Below, in pieces: positions 35,925-44,070 of a stretch of 64,000 nt of DNA. Under the pieces are notes generated by a model that was not told the DNA's origin, ran no database searches, and worked only from the letters and a program-made list of their open reading frames with translations. Each line of letters opens with the position of its first letter. Within the stretch, counting starts at the first letter, position 1. The translations under genes and the position numbers were made by a program. Location of the stretch: assembly GCA_045600485.1 (NCBI GenBank), contig JAZRXX010000033.1, forward strand, positions 2,474-66,473, given 5' to 3'. Origin of the DNA: Bacteroidales bacterium. GTDB taxonomy: Bacteria; Bacteroidota; Bacteroidia; Bacteroidales; UBA3663.

Positions 35925-37223
35925 TTGGACAATTCCTACAAAAGTATCCTGAAGGCAACGAGTCTGTTCGGCAGTGTGCAGGGACTGAACATTCTGCTCA
36001 ACCTTGTACGCACCAAGATAGTTGCAGTTCTGCTTGGACCAGAAGGCATCGGTCTCAACTCCATCTACAATGAGACCCGCGAGCTGGTTCACGCCTCAAC
36101 CAATCTCGGCATGGACACTGCAGGCGTACGTGGCATCGCTCAAACCTACGAACGCTTGAGCAAGGCCCAATCGGACGAAGAAAGAGAATCCATCTTGCAG
36201 TTGATGGAGAATCAGATCGTCCTGCTGCGCTCGGTGATCCTGCTGCTTGCTGCTCTGGGAACTTTCGCTTGTGTACTGTTGGCTCAACCGTTGTCGTGGC
36301 TCACGTTCGAAGATTTCGAACACACATGGGGCTACGTATTGCTGGCACCTGCTGTTGGACTCACAACTCTGACCTGTGGCGAGATCACCTTGCTCAAGGC
36401 ACTCCGCAAACTGAAGGCAGTTGCTATCGTTTCTGCCATCGACGTTGCCTTGGCCATCCTCGTATCGCTCCCGCTCTATTATTTTTATCGCATAGAGGGT
36501 GTTCTGCCTGCGTTGTTGGCATTTGCTCTCATTCAGTTCATTGTTGTAATCAACTTCTCCTATCGGGCTCATGGTGTCCACTATAACTTTTCGAAGGCAC
36601 TCCTCTCCCAGAGTGTCCCGATGATTGTGCTGGGTATCTCGTTTGCTTTGAGTGGAGTCATCGGACATTGCTCACAGTTGGGCATCCGCTCTTTCATCAA
36701 TCATGTGGATGGTTTGCGGGCTGTGGGCCTCTACAATGCGGGCTATACCATTGCCATGACCTATGGTGCAGTCGGGTTTGCCAGTTTGGATTCCGATTTT
36801 TTCCCCCGTCTGTCGGCTATTTTCAATAATGTCGAGGAACGTCGCATGGCTGTTTGGCGACAAGTCAAGGTTACTGTCGGACTGATTATTCCTTTGGTCG
36901 TTGTCCTGATCATATTGCTCCCATGGCTGTTGCCATTGCTGTTCAGCGACCGATTCAACGATGTTATTCTCATGGCGCAGATTTCGAGCGTCGGACTGAT
37001 CTTCCGTGCTGCCTACTTGCCTGTGGCTTATATACCATTGGCTGCCGGCGATTCCCGCACCTTCCTCGCTCTCGAAACGGTCAGCTACGTCATTCTCTCG
37101 ATTGGCGTTATTCTGGGCTATCACTTGGCTGGTCTGAATGGTGCCGGCATTGGCCTTGTGATCTCGAATGCTGCCGACTTCTTTGTCTCTTTCATCGTGG
37201 CCAAGTCCAAATACAAAGTCTGA
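35925..37223 (+). CDS. Oligosaccharide/polysaccharide flippase (Wzx-like, MOP superfamily)
   Basis: 432 aa with about 12 predicted TM helices. The N-terminus (SILKATSLFGSVQGLNILLNLVRTKIVAVLLGPEGIG) is typical of O-antigen/ECA translocases. The start codon is TTG and there is no nearby in-frame ATG. Confidence 0.7.
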   Translation: MDNSYKSILKATSLFGSVQGLNILLNLVRTKIVAVLLGPEGIGLNSIYNETRELVHASTNLGMDTAGVRGIAQTYERLSKAQSDEERESILQLMENQIVLLRSVILLLAALGTFACVLLAQPLSWLTFEDFEHTWGYVLLAPAVGLTTLTCGEITLLKALRKLKAVAIVSAIDVALAILVSLPLYYFYRIEGVLPALLAFALIQFIVVINFSYRAHGVHYNFSKALLSQSVPMIVLGISFALSGVIGHCSQLGIRSFINHVDGLRAVGLYNAGYTIAMTYGAVGFASLDSDFFPRLSAIFNNVEERRMAVWRQVKVTVGLIIPLVVVLIILLPWLLPLLFSDRFNDVILMAQISSVGLIFRAAYLPVAYIPLAAGDSRTFLALETVSYVILSIGVILGYHLAGLNGAGIGLVISNAADFFVSFIVAKSKYKV

Positions 37224-37438
37224 AACGATAAAAATTAAAAGTTAAAAATTAAAAATTAAAAAATATAAGTTATAAATTAAAACTTAAGTAACTATATACC
37301 CTTTGACCTCATTGTAAATAGTTAGGCACTCACGCAAAGTCCGCTATGGACGCAAAGGTGGCCTCGCAAAGGGAATATTATATATCAATGTCAAATCAAC
37401 TCGCAAGGTTGAAATTCTTTTGATAACGCACATACAAC

Positions 37439-37484
37439 GAAACGCTGTACTACGAATCGGTCGTAGTGCAGCGTTTCTTATTTT
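37439..37484 (+). terminator. Intrinsic terminator (17 bp stem)
   Basis: GAAACGCTGTACTACGA (37439-37455), loop ATCGG, TCGTAGTGCAGCGTTTC (37461-37477), then TTATTTT. It lies about 215 nt downstream of the flippase stop. Confidence 0.6.
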
Positions 37485-37490
37485 GCTCGG

Positions 37491-37923
37491 TCACAAGAAG
37501 ATTTGAAGAATTGAAGACTTATGCTAACCAAAATCTTCTTATCTTCTCCTCTTCTTTGAGGTTATTTATTTATCAAGAATTAGAGAATTTCTGAATTAGG
37601 ATGATTCCTGTAATTCTCATTCATTCCCCAAAAGGAATTAAGAAGAGAAAGAAATTCACGAATTCACTAATTCTTGATTTTTTATTCTCAAGGAAGATTT
37701 GAAGAATTGAAGACTTATGCTAACCAAAAATCTTCTTGTCTTCTCCTCTTCTTTGAGGTTTTTATTTATCAAGAATTAGAGAATTTCTGAATTAGGATGA
37801 TTCCTGTAATTCTCATTCATTCCCAAAAAGGAATTAAGAAGAGAAAGAAATTCACTAATTCTTGATTTTTTTATTCTCAAGGAAGATTTGAAGAATTGAA
37901 GACTTATGCTAACCAAAATCTTC
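37491..37923. repeat. Tandem repeat, unit about 190-196 bp, about 2.2 copies. Each unit is a family A hairpin plus a second hairpin module
   Basis: Units start at 37491, 37687 and 37876, and the last is truncated. The second module has arms ATCAAGAATTAGAGAATTTC / GAAATTC..CTAATTCTTGAT at 37572-37678 and 37768-37866. Confidence 0.85.
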
Positions 37924-38223
37924 AACCTGTAAGGTTACCCTTTCGCCCTGAAAGGGCAATCGCAAAGCGCTATCAGCCCATGGTAAAGCAAAGCGACACC
38001 CTGGGTTTCATAGTAATATGAACATCAAACGCCCTGAAGGGGCAAAAGCCTTACTGAAGGACAATGCTCTATTCTTGTGCGTACAAACGATATTCATGCT
38101 TTTGCCCTTTCAGGGCGTCGGTTTGGCATTCTTAATACCCAGGGTGTCGCTTCGCTTGCCCTGGGCTATGTGCTGGTTGCCCTTTCAGGGCGTTTTCGCT
38201 CAAAACTTCTAACCGTACAGGTT
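37924..38223. repeat. About 300 bp imperfect palindrome with nested arms (four GCCCTGAAAGGGC-type boxes)
   Basis: Pairing arms: 37924-37937/38210-38223, 37944-37959/38177-38192 (perfect), 37992-38006/38138-38152 (perfect), and 38030-38049/38098-38117 (one mismatch). The centre is near 38073. The palindrome ends 10 nt from the TIR gene stop. Confidence 0.85.
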
Positions 38224-38233
38224 GAAATTTCCC

Positions 38234-39328
38234 TTATAATTTATGAAGAATGTAACGAAGTTCGAAATCGGGAGATTCATCTTCGCGGAACAGTTCATAA
38301 TAGCCATCCTTGGTGATGTAGATGGGCTGAGATACCTGCTGGGCCTTGGCTGGAAGATTCAAATGAAAAGTGCCATCGGCTGCAGTCTCGCACTGGTATC
38401 CGGCAATATCGACCGTTGCACCACGCACGGGGTTGCCCAGATCATCGACAACAATGCCCTTGAAATGGGCAAACGTCTCATCGCGCATCAGATCCAGTTC
38501 CAATTGCGTGGACAGTCCAATACCTAACTGCAACGTGGTCTTGATCGTGTCATAAAACGGTGCGGCAAATGAGACTTCGACTGTACCACCACGACGGAAT
38601 CCCGGCACCTCCTGCAACTGAATCTCGACATTGTAGTTGGAATCAGGTAGCGTATATAGCTGACCATCGACCATCAGAGCGCCTTCAAGATGCGGCAAAT
38701 GAGAAACCTGATCATACAATCGGATCGTGGTGGACATTGGCATAATCAGATAGGCTGCTGCAGCCAGGAGGAATGATGTAACCAGAGTTGCAATGGTAAT
38801 GATCGTGTTGCGACGACGACGATGACGGGCATACATCACATCGAAAGGCACACCCATCAATCTGGATACAACCTGGATAAGGGTACGTTCGTCGCCATCA
38901 GCCACTCTGTCGATGCAATGCAGCTCCTGTTCGGGATGCTCTGCCACATAGTCGAGCATATACTTCGGCATACACTCGCGAGGACCATTGCTGTATGGAA
39001 TGCCGTCGATTACAATCGGTATGATCTGATTCAATCGACCATGCTCAATAAAGAACTGCACCTCCTTGCTCACCCACTCGGATTTGGCGGCACGGCGAGA
39101 ACAGATCAAGATGAGATACTTGGAATTCTCGAGGTTGCGATCGATAATCTCCGAAAGCACACCGGTGGTCAAATCGGTGCGATCACGGAATATCGGACGC
39201 AAATAGCGACTCGAAGGGTTGACTGGATTGGGCATGTTGTAGGGCAAATGATAATGCTCCAAACTGTTCTGCAACCAGTTGGCTATCTTCGAATCATGAT
39301 GACTATAGCTAATGAATGCAAGATTCAT
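38234..39328 (-). CDS. TIR domain protein with one transmembrane helix and a C-terminal carboxypeptidase-regulatory-like (beta-sandwich) domain
   Basis: The N-terminus MNLAFISYSHHD...YLILICSRRAAKSEWVSKEVQFF is TIR_2-like, including a Glu in the SxWxxxE position. RHRRRRN is followed by a TM helix TIITIATLVTSFLLAAAAYLIMPM. The C-terminal FKGIVVDDLGNPVRGATVDIAG...AADGTFHLNL...ITKDGYY is CarboxypepD_reg-like. I prefer the ATG at 39328 over the TTG at 39370 in the ORF track. Confidence 0.75.
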   Translation of the reverse strand: MNLAFISYSHHDSKIANWLQNSLEHYHLPYNMPNPVNPSSRYLRPIFRDRTDLTTGVLSEIIDRNLENSKYLILICSRRAAKSEWVSKEVQFFIEHGRLNQIIPIVIDGIPYSNGPRECMPKYMLDYVAEHPEQELHCIDRVADGDERTLIQVVSRLMGVPFDVMYARHRRRRNTIITIATLVTSFLLAAAAYLIMPMSTTIRLYDQVSHLPHLEGALMVDGQLYTLPDSNYNVEIQLQEVPGFRRGGTVEVSFAAPFYDTIKTTLQLGIGLSTQLELDLMRDETFAHFKGIVVDDLGNPVRGATVDIAGYQCETAADGTFHLNLPAKAQQVSQPIYITKDGYYELFREDESPDFELRYILHKL

Positions 39329-39366
39329 GACTTTTCTTGTTTTAAGGTAATACCAAAATACACAAA

Positions 39367-41367
39367 TCAAGGCAGTTCAGGAACGCCCTGTTCACCGAAC
39401 AACGACATCATTCTCTTGACTTCGCCAGCATTACGACGGATATCAGCGTCGTTGGGATCAACCTCCAATGCCCGCTGGATGTAAATGTTGGCTGTTTCAT
39501 ATTCCTTGAGACGGACATAAACATTGCACAAGTGGAGCAGGCGACGGCCCATTTCCTTGTAGAAGATTTTAGGCTCTTTCGCATAGAGTGGCTCCATCTC
39601 CTCCAACGCCAACAAATCGCACTTGAGTGCTGTTTCGTAATCGCGCAGGAAGTAGGCACATTTGCCGATGTTGTAATTGATGTCCGAAAGATTGTCGGCA
39701 AATCGTGCAGCGCCATTCTTCTCGTTCAGGAAGATGGTTCGCGCATTGTCCAGACATTGCAATGAACGATTATAGTCCTTACGTATAATATATAATGAAC
39801 CTAACGAGACAAGGCAATGTGCCAGAAAACGGTTATAGGCCACCGGATTTCGCCGAACAGCCTTGCGATAAAGATGTTCGGCGTTGAGCATAGCCTCTTC
39901 GGCCTCATCGTATTTCAGCTGGATCTTGTAGATTTCGCCCAAAGACTTGTAGGAATAGGCAAGGCGACCTTCATAGACGTAGGGCTTCTGCTTATACAGT
40001 TCTTCGAGTATAGAGATTGACTCCTTGCACATTTCTGCACTCTCGTCGCCCCACTGGTTACGCATAATTGCGGCTGCCTGCGACAGAAGCACGGCATATT
40101 GTGAATCAAGATCCTTGAGCGTAGTCTCAGCACGAAGGCTTCGGAGATCGTTGACACACCTGCGGAAGAAGGCATTGGCCTTAGCTGTGTCGCCCAAGCG
40201 ATTATAATAGAAACCAAGTGTGTTAAAGAACTCGGATTCGTCGCGCAACAACGATAAGGTATCGGAACGAGACCTGCGTATAGAATCCAGACGGGGCAGC
40301 ATGGCTTCGAGCAATGGAAGACCCTCGACACGATTACCGCCACGAGTGAGAGCCACGGCATGATAACATTGAGCGCGATAATAGTTCATGGAATCGCCCT
40401 GCTGTTCGGATGACCAGATCAAGCTCCGGTAAACCCTATCGGCCTCCATGTGTTCGGCATGGCTAAGCAACAATCGGGCATAAACAAGCATATTATAGAC
40501 ATTGGTCGTATCGACCATCGCCAAGTCGTGAATCAGTTTTCCGATCTTCTCATCGACATCATCGCCACCCTGCATGCGCAGCAAATCGGCCTGTCGCAAT
40601 ACGGCATTACGCAGATTCTTGCGTTGGTTATGCAGGGTTCGCTCCGATTCGACCATGGCCGAAGAGGCAGACTTCAGACGATCGATGTTCTTGCTCTGCT
40701 CCGTGAGACGTCCGGCCAGATCCAATTTGTCGTAGGCAGCAATGGCTTTTTCGAAATTGCCATCGCGCACATACGACATGATCTTCTGCTCCTCGGCCGT
40801 GAGGGCAGTCAAATCAAGTTTGACAAAGCGATCAATGTAGTTGTCGATGTTGTCGAGCTTGTTCTCATATTCTTGCTTGAGTGCCTCCAGCTTGGCATCA
40901 TACTCAGCTTTGGTAATCTGCTGTTGCTGGTAATTAAACTCCAAATGTATCTGGTCCTCCTCATATCGGGCTGTGGTCTTTTCGGTAGCATGTCGAACCA
41001 TGTTACGACGAACCTCCATCAACTTCTCGGTCTTGCACAAAAGAATGGAGATTTGCGATTCGCTACCTGTGATGTAAAGGTGGTCCAACGAGTTTTCGTC
41101 GGCAATGGAATACCCGGATTTGATGCATCGACGAATGATGATGCGGTCTCCCGGCTTCAGCTGACGGAATCGGAGCGTAAATTCTCCGTTGGCATCAGAG
41201 ACGGTCGAAGCGGCGTTGGTCACGACAATCTCGACATTCGCAAGAGGAACCTTCTCCATCTTATCATTGTACTCATACACAAAACCCTTCTGAATGGATT
41301 GTCCGAACAGGGTTGTTGCAGACAATGCCATCAGAGTGAGCAATACGATTAGATTTAAGTGTTTCAT
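39367..41367 (-). CDS. Secreted protein: signal peptide + CarboxypepD_reg-like domain + coiled coil + TPR array
   Basis: MKHLNLIVLLTLMALSATTLFG/Q signal peptide. VPLANVEIVV...SDANGEFTLRF is the beta-sandwich motif. A heptad-rich region follows (KAEYDAKLEALKQEYENKLDNIDNYI), then multiple TPR-like units towards the C-terminus. It is a paralogue of 58190-59899. The start is trimmed to the ATG at 41367. Confidence 0.7.
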   Translation of the reverse strand: MKHLNLIVLLTLMALSATTLFGQSIQKGFVYEYNDKMEKVPLANVEIVVTNAASTVSDANGEFTLRFRQLKPGDRIIIRRCIKSGYSIADENSLDHLYITGSESQISILLCKTEKLMEVRRNMVRHATEKTTARYEEDQIHLEFNYQQQQITKAEYDAKLEALKQEYENKLDNIDNYIDRFVKLDLTALTAEEQKIMSYVRDGNFEKAIAAYDKLDLAGRLTEQSKNIDRLKSASSAMVESERTLHNQRKNLRNAVLRQADLLRMQGGDDVDEKIGKLIHDLAMVDTTNVYNMLVYARLLLSHAEHMEADRVYRSLIWSSEQQGDSMNYYRAQCYHAVALTRGGNRVEGLPLLEAMLPRLDSIRRSRSDTLSLLRDESEFFNTLGFYYNRLGDTAKANAFFRRCVNDLRSLRAETTLKDLDSQYAVLLSQAAAIMRNQWGDESAEMCKESISILEELYKQKPYVYEGRLAYSYKSLGEIYKIQLKYDEAEEAMLNAEHLYRKAVRRNPVAYNRFLAHCLVSLGSLYIIRKDYNRSLQCLDNARTIFLNEKNGAARFADNLSDINYNIGKCAYFLRDYETALKCDLLALEEMEPLYAKEPKIFYKEMGRRLLHLCNVYVRLKEYETANIYIQRALEVDPNDADIRRNAGEVKRMMSLFGEQGVPELP

Positions 41368-41434
41368 AGTGTTTATCGGAAAATGCGTCACGACGAATCG
41401 GACGTTGTGTTTATTTTAGAACGAAAATAGAGTT

Positions 41435-42196
41435 CTACAGGATATCGTAAACCTGAAGCAGGTTACTGATCCGAGGCTGATAATCGTTGGCCTTGTCGGA
41501 TTCGCTGTTCCAACCGTCGCCACAATACCAGATGGCCTGACAACCCAAAGACAGGGCTGGCTGAATATCCTTATCGAAGCTGTCGCCGATGACCGTAATA
41601 TCCTTGGCCGGTATGCCTAGCTGTTCGATCGCAATCTGGAAGATCTGCGGATCTGGTTTGCGTACTCCAGCAACGGTACTGTCAACCACCACCTTGAAGC
41701 AACGCAAAAGTCCAAAATCCTGCAATACGGCAGAAAGATTGCCATAGAAGTTGCTGACCAAAGCCAGATCGTACTTCTCGGAGAGGTACTCAACGACCTG
41801 GAAAGCATCGAGGGTACAACGACGTGCATAATCGTAGCAGATACCCGCCATGAAATCTACAAAGTGCTGTATGATCTCAGCCTTTTCCATAATAGGTACT
41901 TCTCCATCGCTGGTCATTCGGAGGGTTCTCTCCAATATATCTTGCGACAGCATCTCCTGCTGGAGCATATAGTCCATCTGGATGCCGATGCGCACCTGCA
42001 TCAACTCAAAGAAATTCTGATCCGGAGTGATGACATTCATCATCGACAGATAGCGCTCTCCGTATATATAAGCCTCGCGGAACTGCTCTTTGGTGATAGG
42101 CAACGATGCTTGGGTGTAGCTATCCCACAGGACTTCGGCCCAATGCTTTCCATTGCTATCAATGGTGGCACCATAATCTAATATCAATCCTTTCAT
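41435..42196 (-). CDS. HAD-superfamily hydrolase with atypical motif I (DYGAT instead of DxDxT)
   Basis: LILDYGATID (motif I), GVRKPDPQIF (motif III Lys) and VIGDSFDKDI (motif IV). Confidence 0.7.
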   Translation of the reverse strand: MKGLILDYGATIDSNGKHWAEVLWDSYTQASLPITKEQFREAYIYGERYLSMMNVITPDQNFFELMQVRIGIQMDYMLQQEMLSQDILERTLRMTSDGEVPIMEKAEIIQHFVDFMAGICYDYARRCTLDAFQVVEYLSEKYDLALVSNFYGNLSAVLQDFGLLRCFKVVVDSTVAGVRKPDPQIFQIAIEQLGIPAKDITVIGDSFDKDIQPALSLGCQAIWYCGDGWNSESDKANDYQPRISNLLQVYDIL

Positions 42197-42199
42197 TTG

Positions 42200-43120
42200 T
42201 TATATAATAGTTCTTTTTTTTACAATTATTATTCCGACAAGAATCCAGACAAATTCACGGATTCGGGTGGCAAAACTGATGCTCACTGCCATAGGCAGCA
42301 GTTCGGGCATCGCTGGCTCAAGTGCTTGCAGAGCCAGAAAAATTCCTCCTTCACGAGTTCCCATCTGAAGTGGGCTGAAGAACAGTATATTGGCAAACAG
42401 ACTGCTGAATGCCACAACAAGATAGGCAGAAAGATAGCTATCCAATATACTGCCGGCAAAGACTGCCTGCATCAGTACCCAGTATTCAGCCACGTTGATC
42501 ACACGTGATGCCAACTCGAGGAGCAAAGCGATACAGAACTGTCGGGGATGTGCCTGCAACAAACCCTGCAAACTGGCAATCCACCCCTTCTTGATGGCAA
42601 AGCGATAAGCAAATACCACTACGAACCCAAGAATAACAAGAACGAGTATCAGAACGAGTGTTTCTGTCTGTCCATCGGCCCAGAGGGCAGAATTCATATC
42701 GGCAAAGAAGAGTGCAAGCACTACTCCGATCAGCCAGAAAACAATGTGACTGAGCACATGCATCATTGCATAGTAGGTGACTGCACTATTGGCTGCTTGC
42801 GGCTGAACGTCGTTGCGCAACTCATAGATTCGCCAAGGCTCTCCACCCAACAACCCAAACGGAGTGATGTAATTGAGCGCATAACCTCCGATGGTGAGCC
42901 GCAGCATTCGGCTGAACGGTATCGTTGACCCGGGGGCGCAACTCCTGACTACATATCCGAAACTGATTGCATTGAACAGATATCCTATGCCCCATACAGC
43001 CACGCAAGCAACCAATACCCAATTCCATTGCAAGATGTTATGCCACAACAGGTACGGATCTGCCTCATAGATCATGACGCCCAATATCAGCAGGCAAACA
43101 ACGAACAGAATCTTTTTCAT
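42200..43120 (-). CDS. Flippase-like / lysylphosphatidylglycerol-synthase TM-domain family membrane protein (UPF0104)
   Basis: Polytopic membrane protein with an ITPFGLLGGEPWR motif. The start is trimmed to the ATG at 43120, which overlaps the upstream stop (ATGA at 43117-43120). Confidence 0.6.
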   Translation of the reverse strand: MKKILFVVCLLILGVMIYEADPYLLWHNILQWNWVLVACVAVWGIGYLFNAISFGYVVRSCAPGSTIPFSRMLRLTIGGYALNYITPFGLLGGEPWRIYELRNDVQPQAANSAVTYYAMMHVLSHIVFWLIGVVLALFFADMNSALWADGQTETLVLILVLVILGFVVVFAYRFAIKKGWIASLQGLLQAHPRQFCIALLLELASRVINVAEYWVLMQAVFAGSILDSYLSAYLVVAFSSLFANILFFSPLQMGTREGGIFLALQALEPAMPELLPMAVSISFATRIREFVWILVGIIIVKKRTII

Positions 43121-44019
43121 CGACCAACCGTTTTTACGATCAGCTGTTCCTGACTCCGCCACAAATAGATCAGCAGTGCGTTGCCTACAAGAATCTCGAC
43201 TGCAAAGTAAATCCATGGCTGCCCCACAATGAGTGCCACACACAACGTGATGGCCCGACAATTGAAGGTGAGGATATTACAATACTTCATGAGTGGACGA
43301 GAACCCGTGACAAGCGAATCGAACGCCGCCGTTCCGAGTATTGCAGAAGCAGATTCTTCATGCCCCATCAAATAACGGCGCAATGTCTGCAAGTGCGGTG
43401 TATATGACTCCTGTGCCAATGTGTAGCCCTTATAGAACCATAAGAACAGCTTATAGAGAGGAGCCTCAGCAAAGCGAAGCTGGCTGTATTCGTTTATGAT
43501 CTGGCTGGAATCATCCAGTTCACTGCCACTCTTGCCATTGACCAGAAAGAGATGGAACTGACGATAATAATCAGCCAAACAAGCCTGATAACGATGGCTG
43601 AGACCAGCCGCTGCTGCAAGAATCCAGATGTAAATTCCCCATTCAGGCATCAGGCGCAAACAGATACTGACATAGATGCAGATAAACCAAATGTCGCCAC
43701 AGGCTCCATCCAGAATACGTCCCAAACGACTATACTGTTTCGTCATGCGCGCCAACTGACCATCGGCACTATCGCAGATATCAGCCATCACCAGCAAGGC
43801 CATGCCAAGCAGATTCAAACGCCAATCAGCAGGATAGAAAAGCAATCCTGCTCCAATGCCCAAGAAGATACTTAGGATCGAGATGAAATTCGGGGTCCAA
43901 CCCAACTTCTCTCCCATCAAAGCCATACGAAACCCCATTGGCCTGTAGAACCACAGGTCGATGGTCTCTTCCACATCGGGATGCTTGAGTGATGCTGCGT
44001 AACGAGGATCCAATTTCAA
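43117..44019 (-). CDS. CDP-alcohol phosphatidyltransferase family protein
   Basis: DSADGQLAR...LD...D is the D-x2-D-G-x2-A-R signature, set in a multi-TM protein. The ORF track start at 44019 is TTG, so the start is uncertain. Confidence 0.8.
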   Translation of the reverse strand: MKLDPRYAASLKHPDVEETIDLWFYRPMGFRMALMGEKLGWTPNFISILSIFLGIGAGLLFYPADWRLNLLGMALLVMADICDSADGQLARMTKQYSRLGRILDGACGDIWFICIYVSICLRLMPEWGIYIWILAAAAGLSHRYQACLADYYRQFHLFLVNGKSGSELDDSSQIINEYSQLRFAEAPLYKLFLWFYKGYTLAQESYTPHLQTLRRYLMGHEESASAILGTAAFDSLVTGSRPLMKYCNILTFNCRAITLCVALIVGQPWIYFAVEILVGNALLIYLWRSQEQLIVKTVGR

Positions 44020-44070
44020 TTTCTTATTGACTTAACTAATAACTATTAGCAAATAACTATTAACTGAAAA

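Noticed and set aside
37491-37923. Tandem repeats considered as a CRISPR array.
   Set aside because: The repeat unit is about 190 bp with no unique spacers of CRISPR size. There are no cas genes in the window, and the units are composite hairpin modules.
37406-38229. 11 bp direct repeat AGGTTGAAATT at 37406-37416 and 38219-38229, considered as a target-site duplication flanking the whole repeat nest.
   Set aside because: An 11-mer recurring within 1 kb is expected several times by chance in 64 kb. No terminal inverted repeats adjoin the two copies.
38018-38316. ORFs at 38018-38212 and 38077-38316 (64 and 79 aa).
   Set aside because: They lie inside or across the 300 bp palindrome and the TIR gene 3' end. 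Their amino-acid sequences mirror the palindromic DNA and have no start context.
38234-39370. TTG-initiated version of the TIR ORF, overlapping the TPR gene stop by 4 nt.
   Set aside because: The extra 14 residues (MICVFWYYLKTRKV) are not TIR-like. The in-frame ATG at 39328 begins exactly at the canonical FISYSHxD strand. I kept this as an alternative only.
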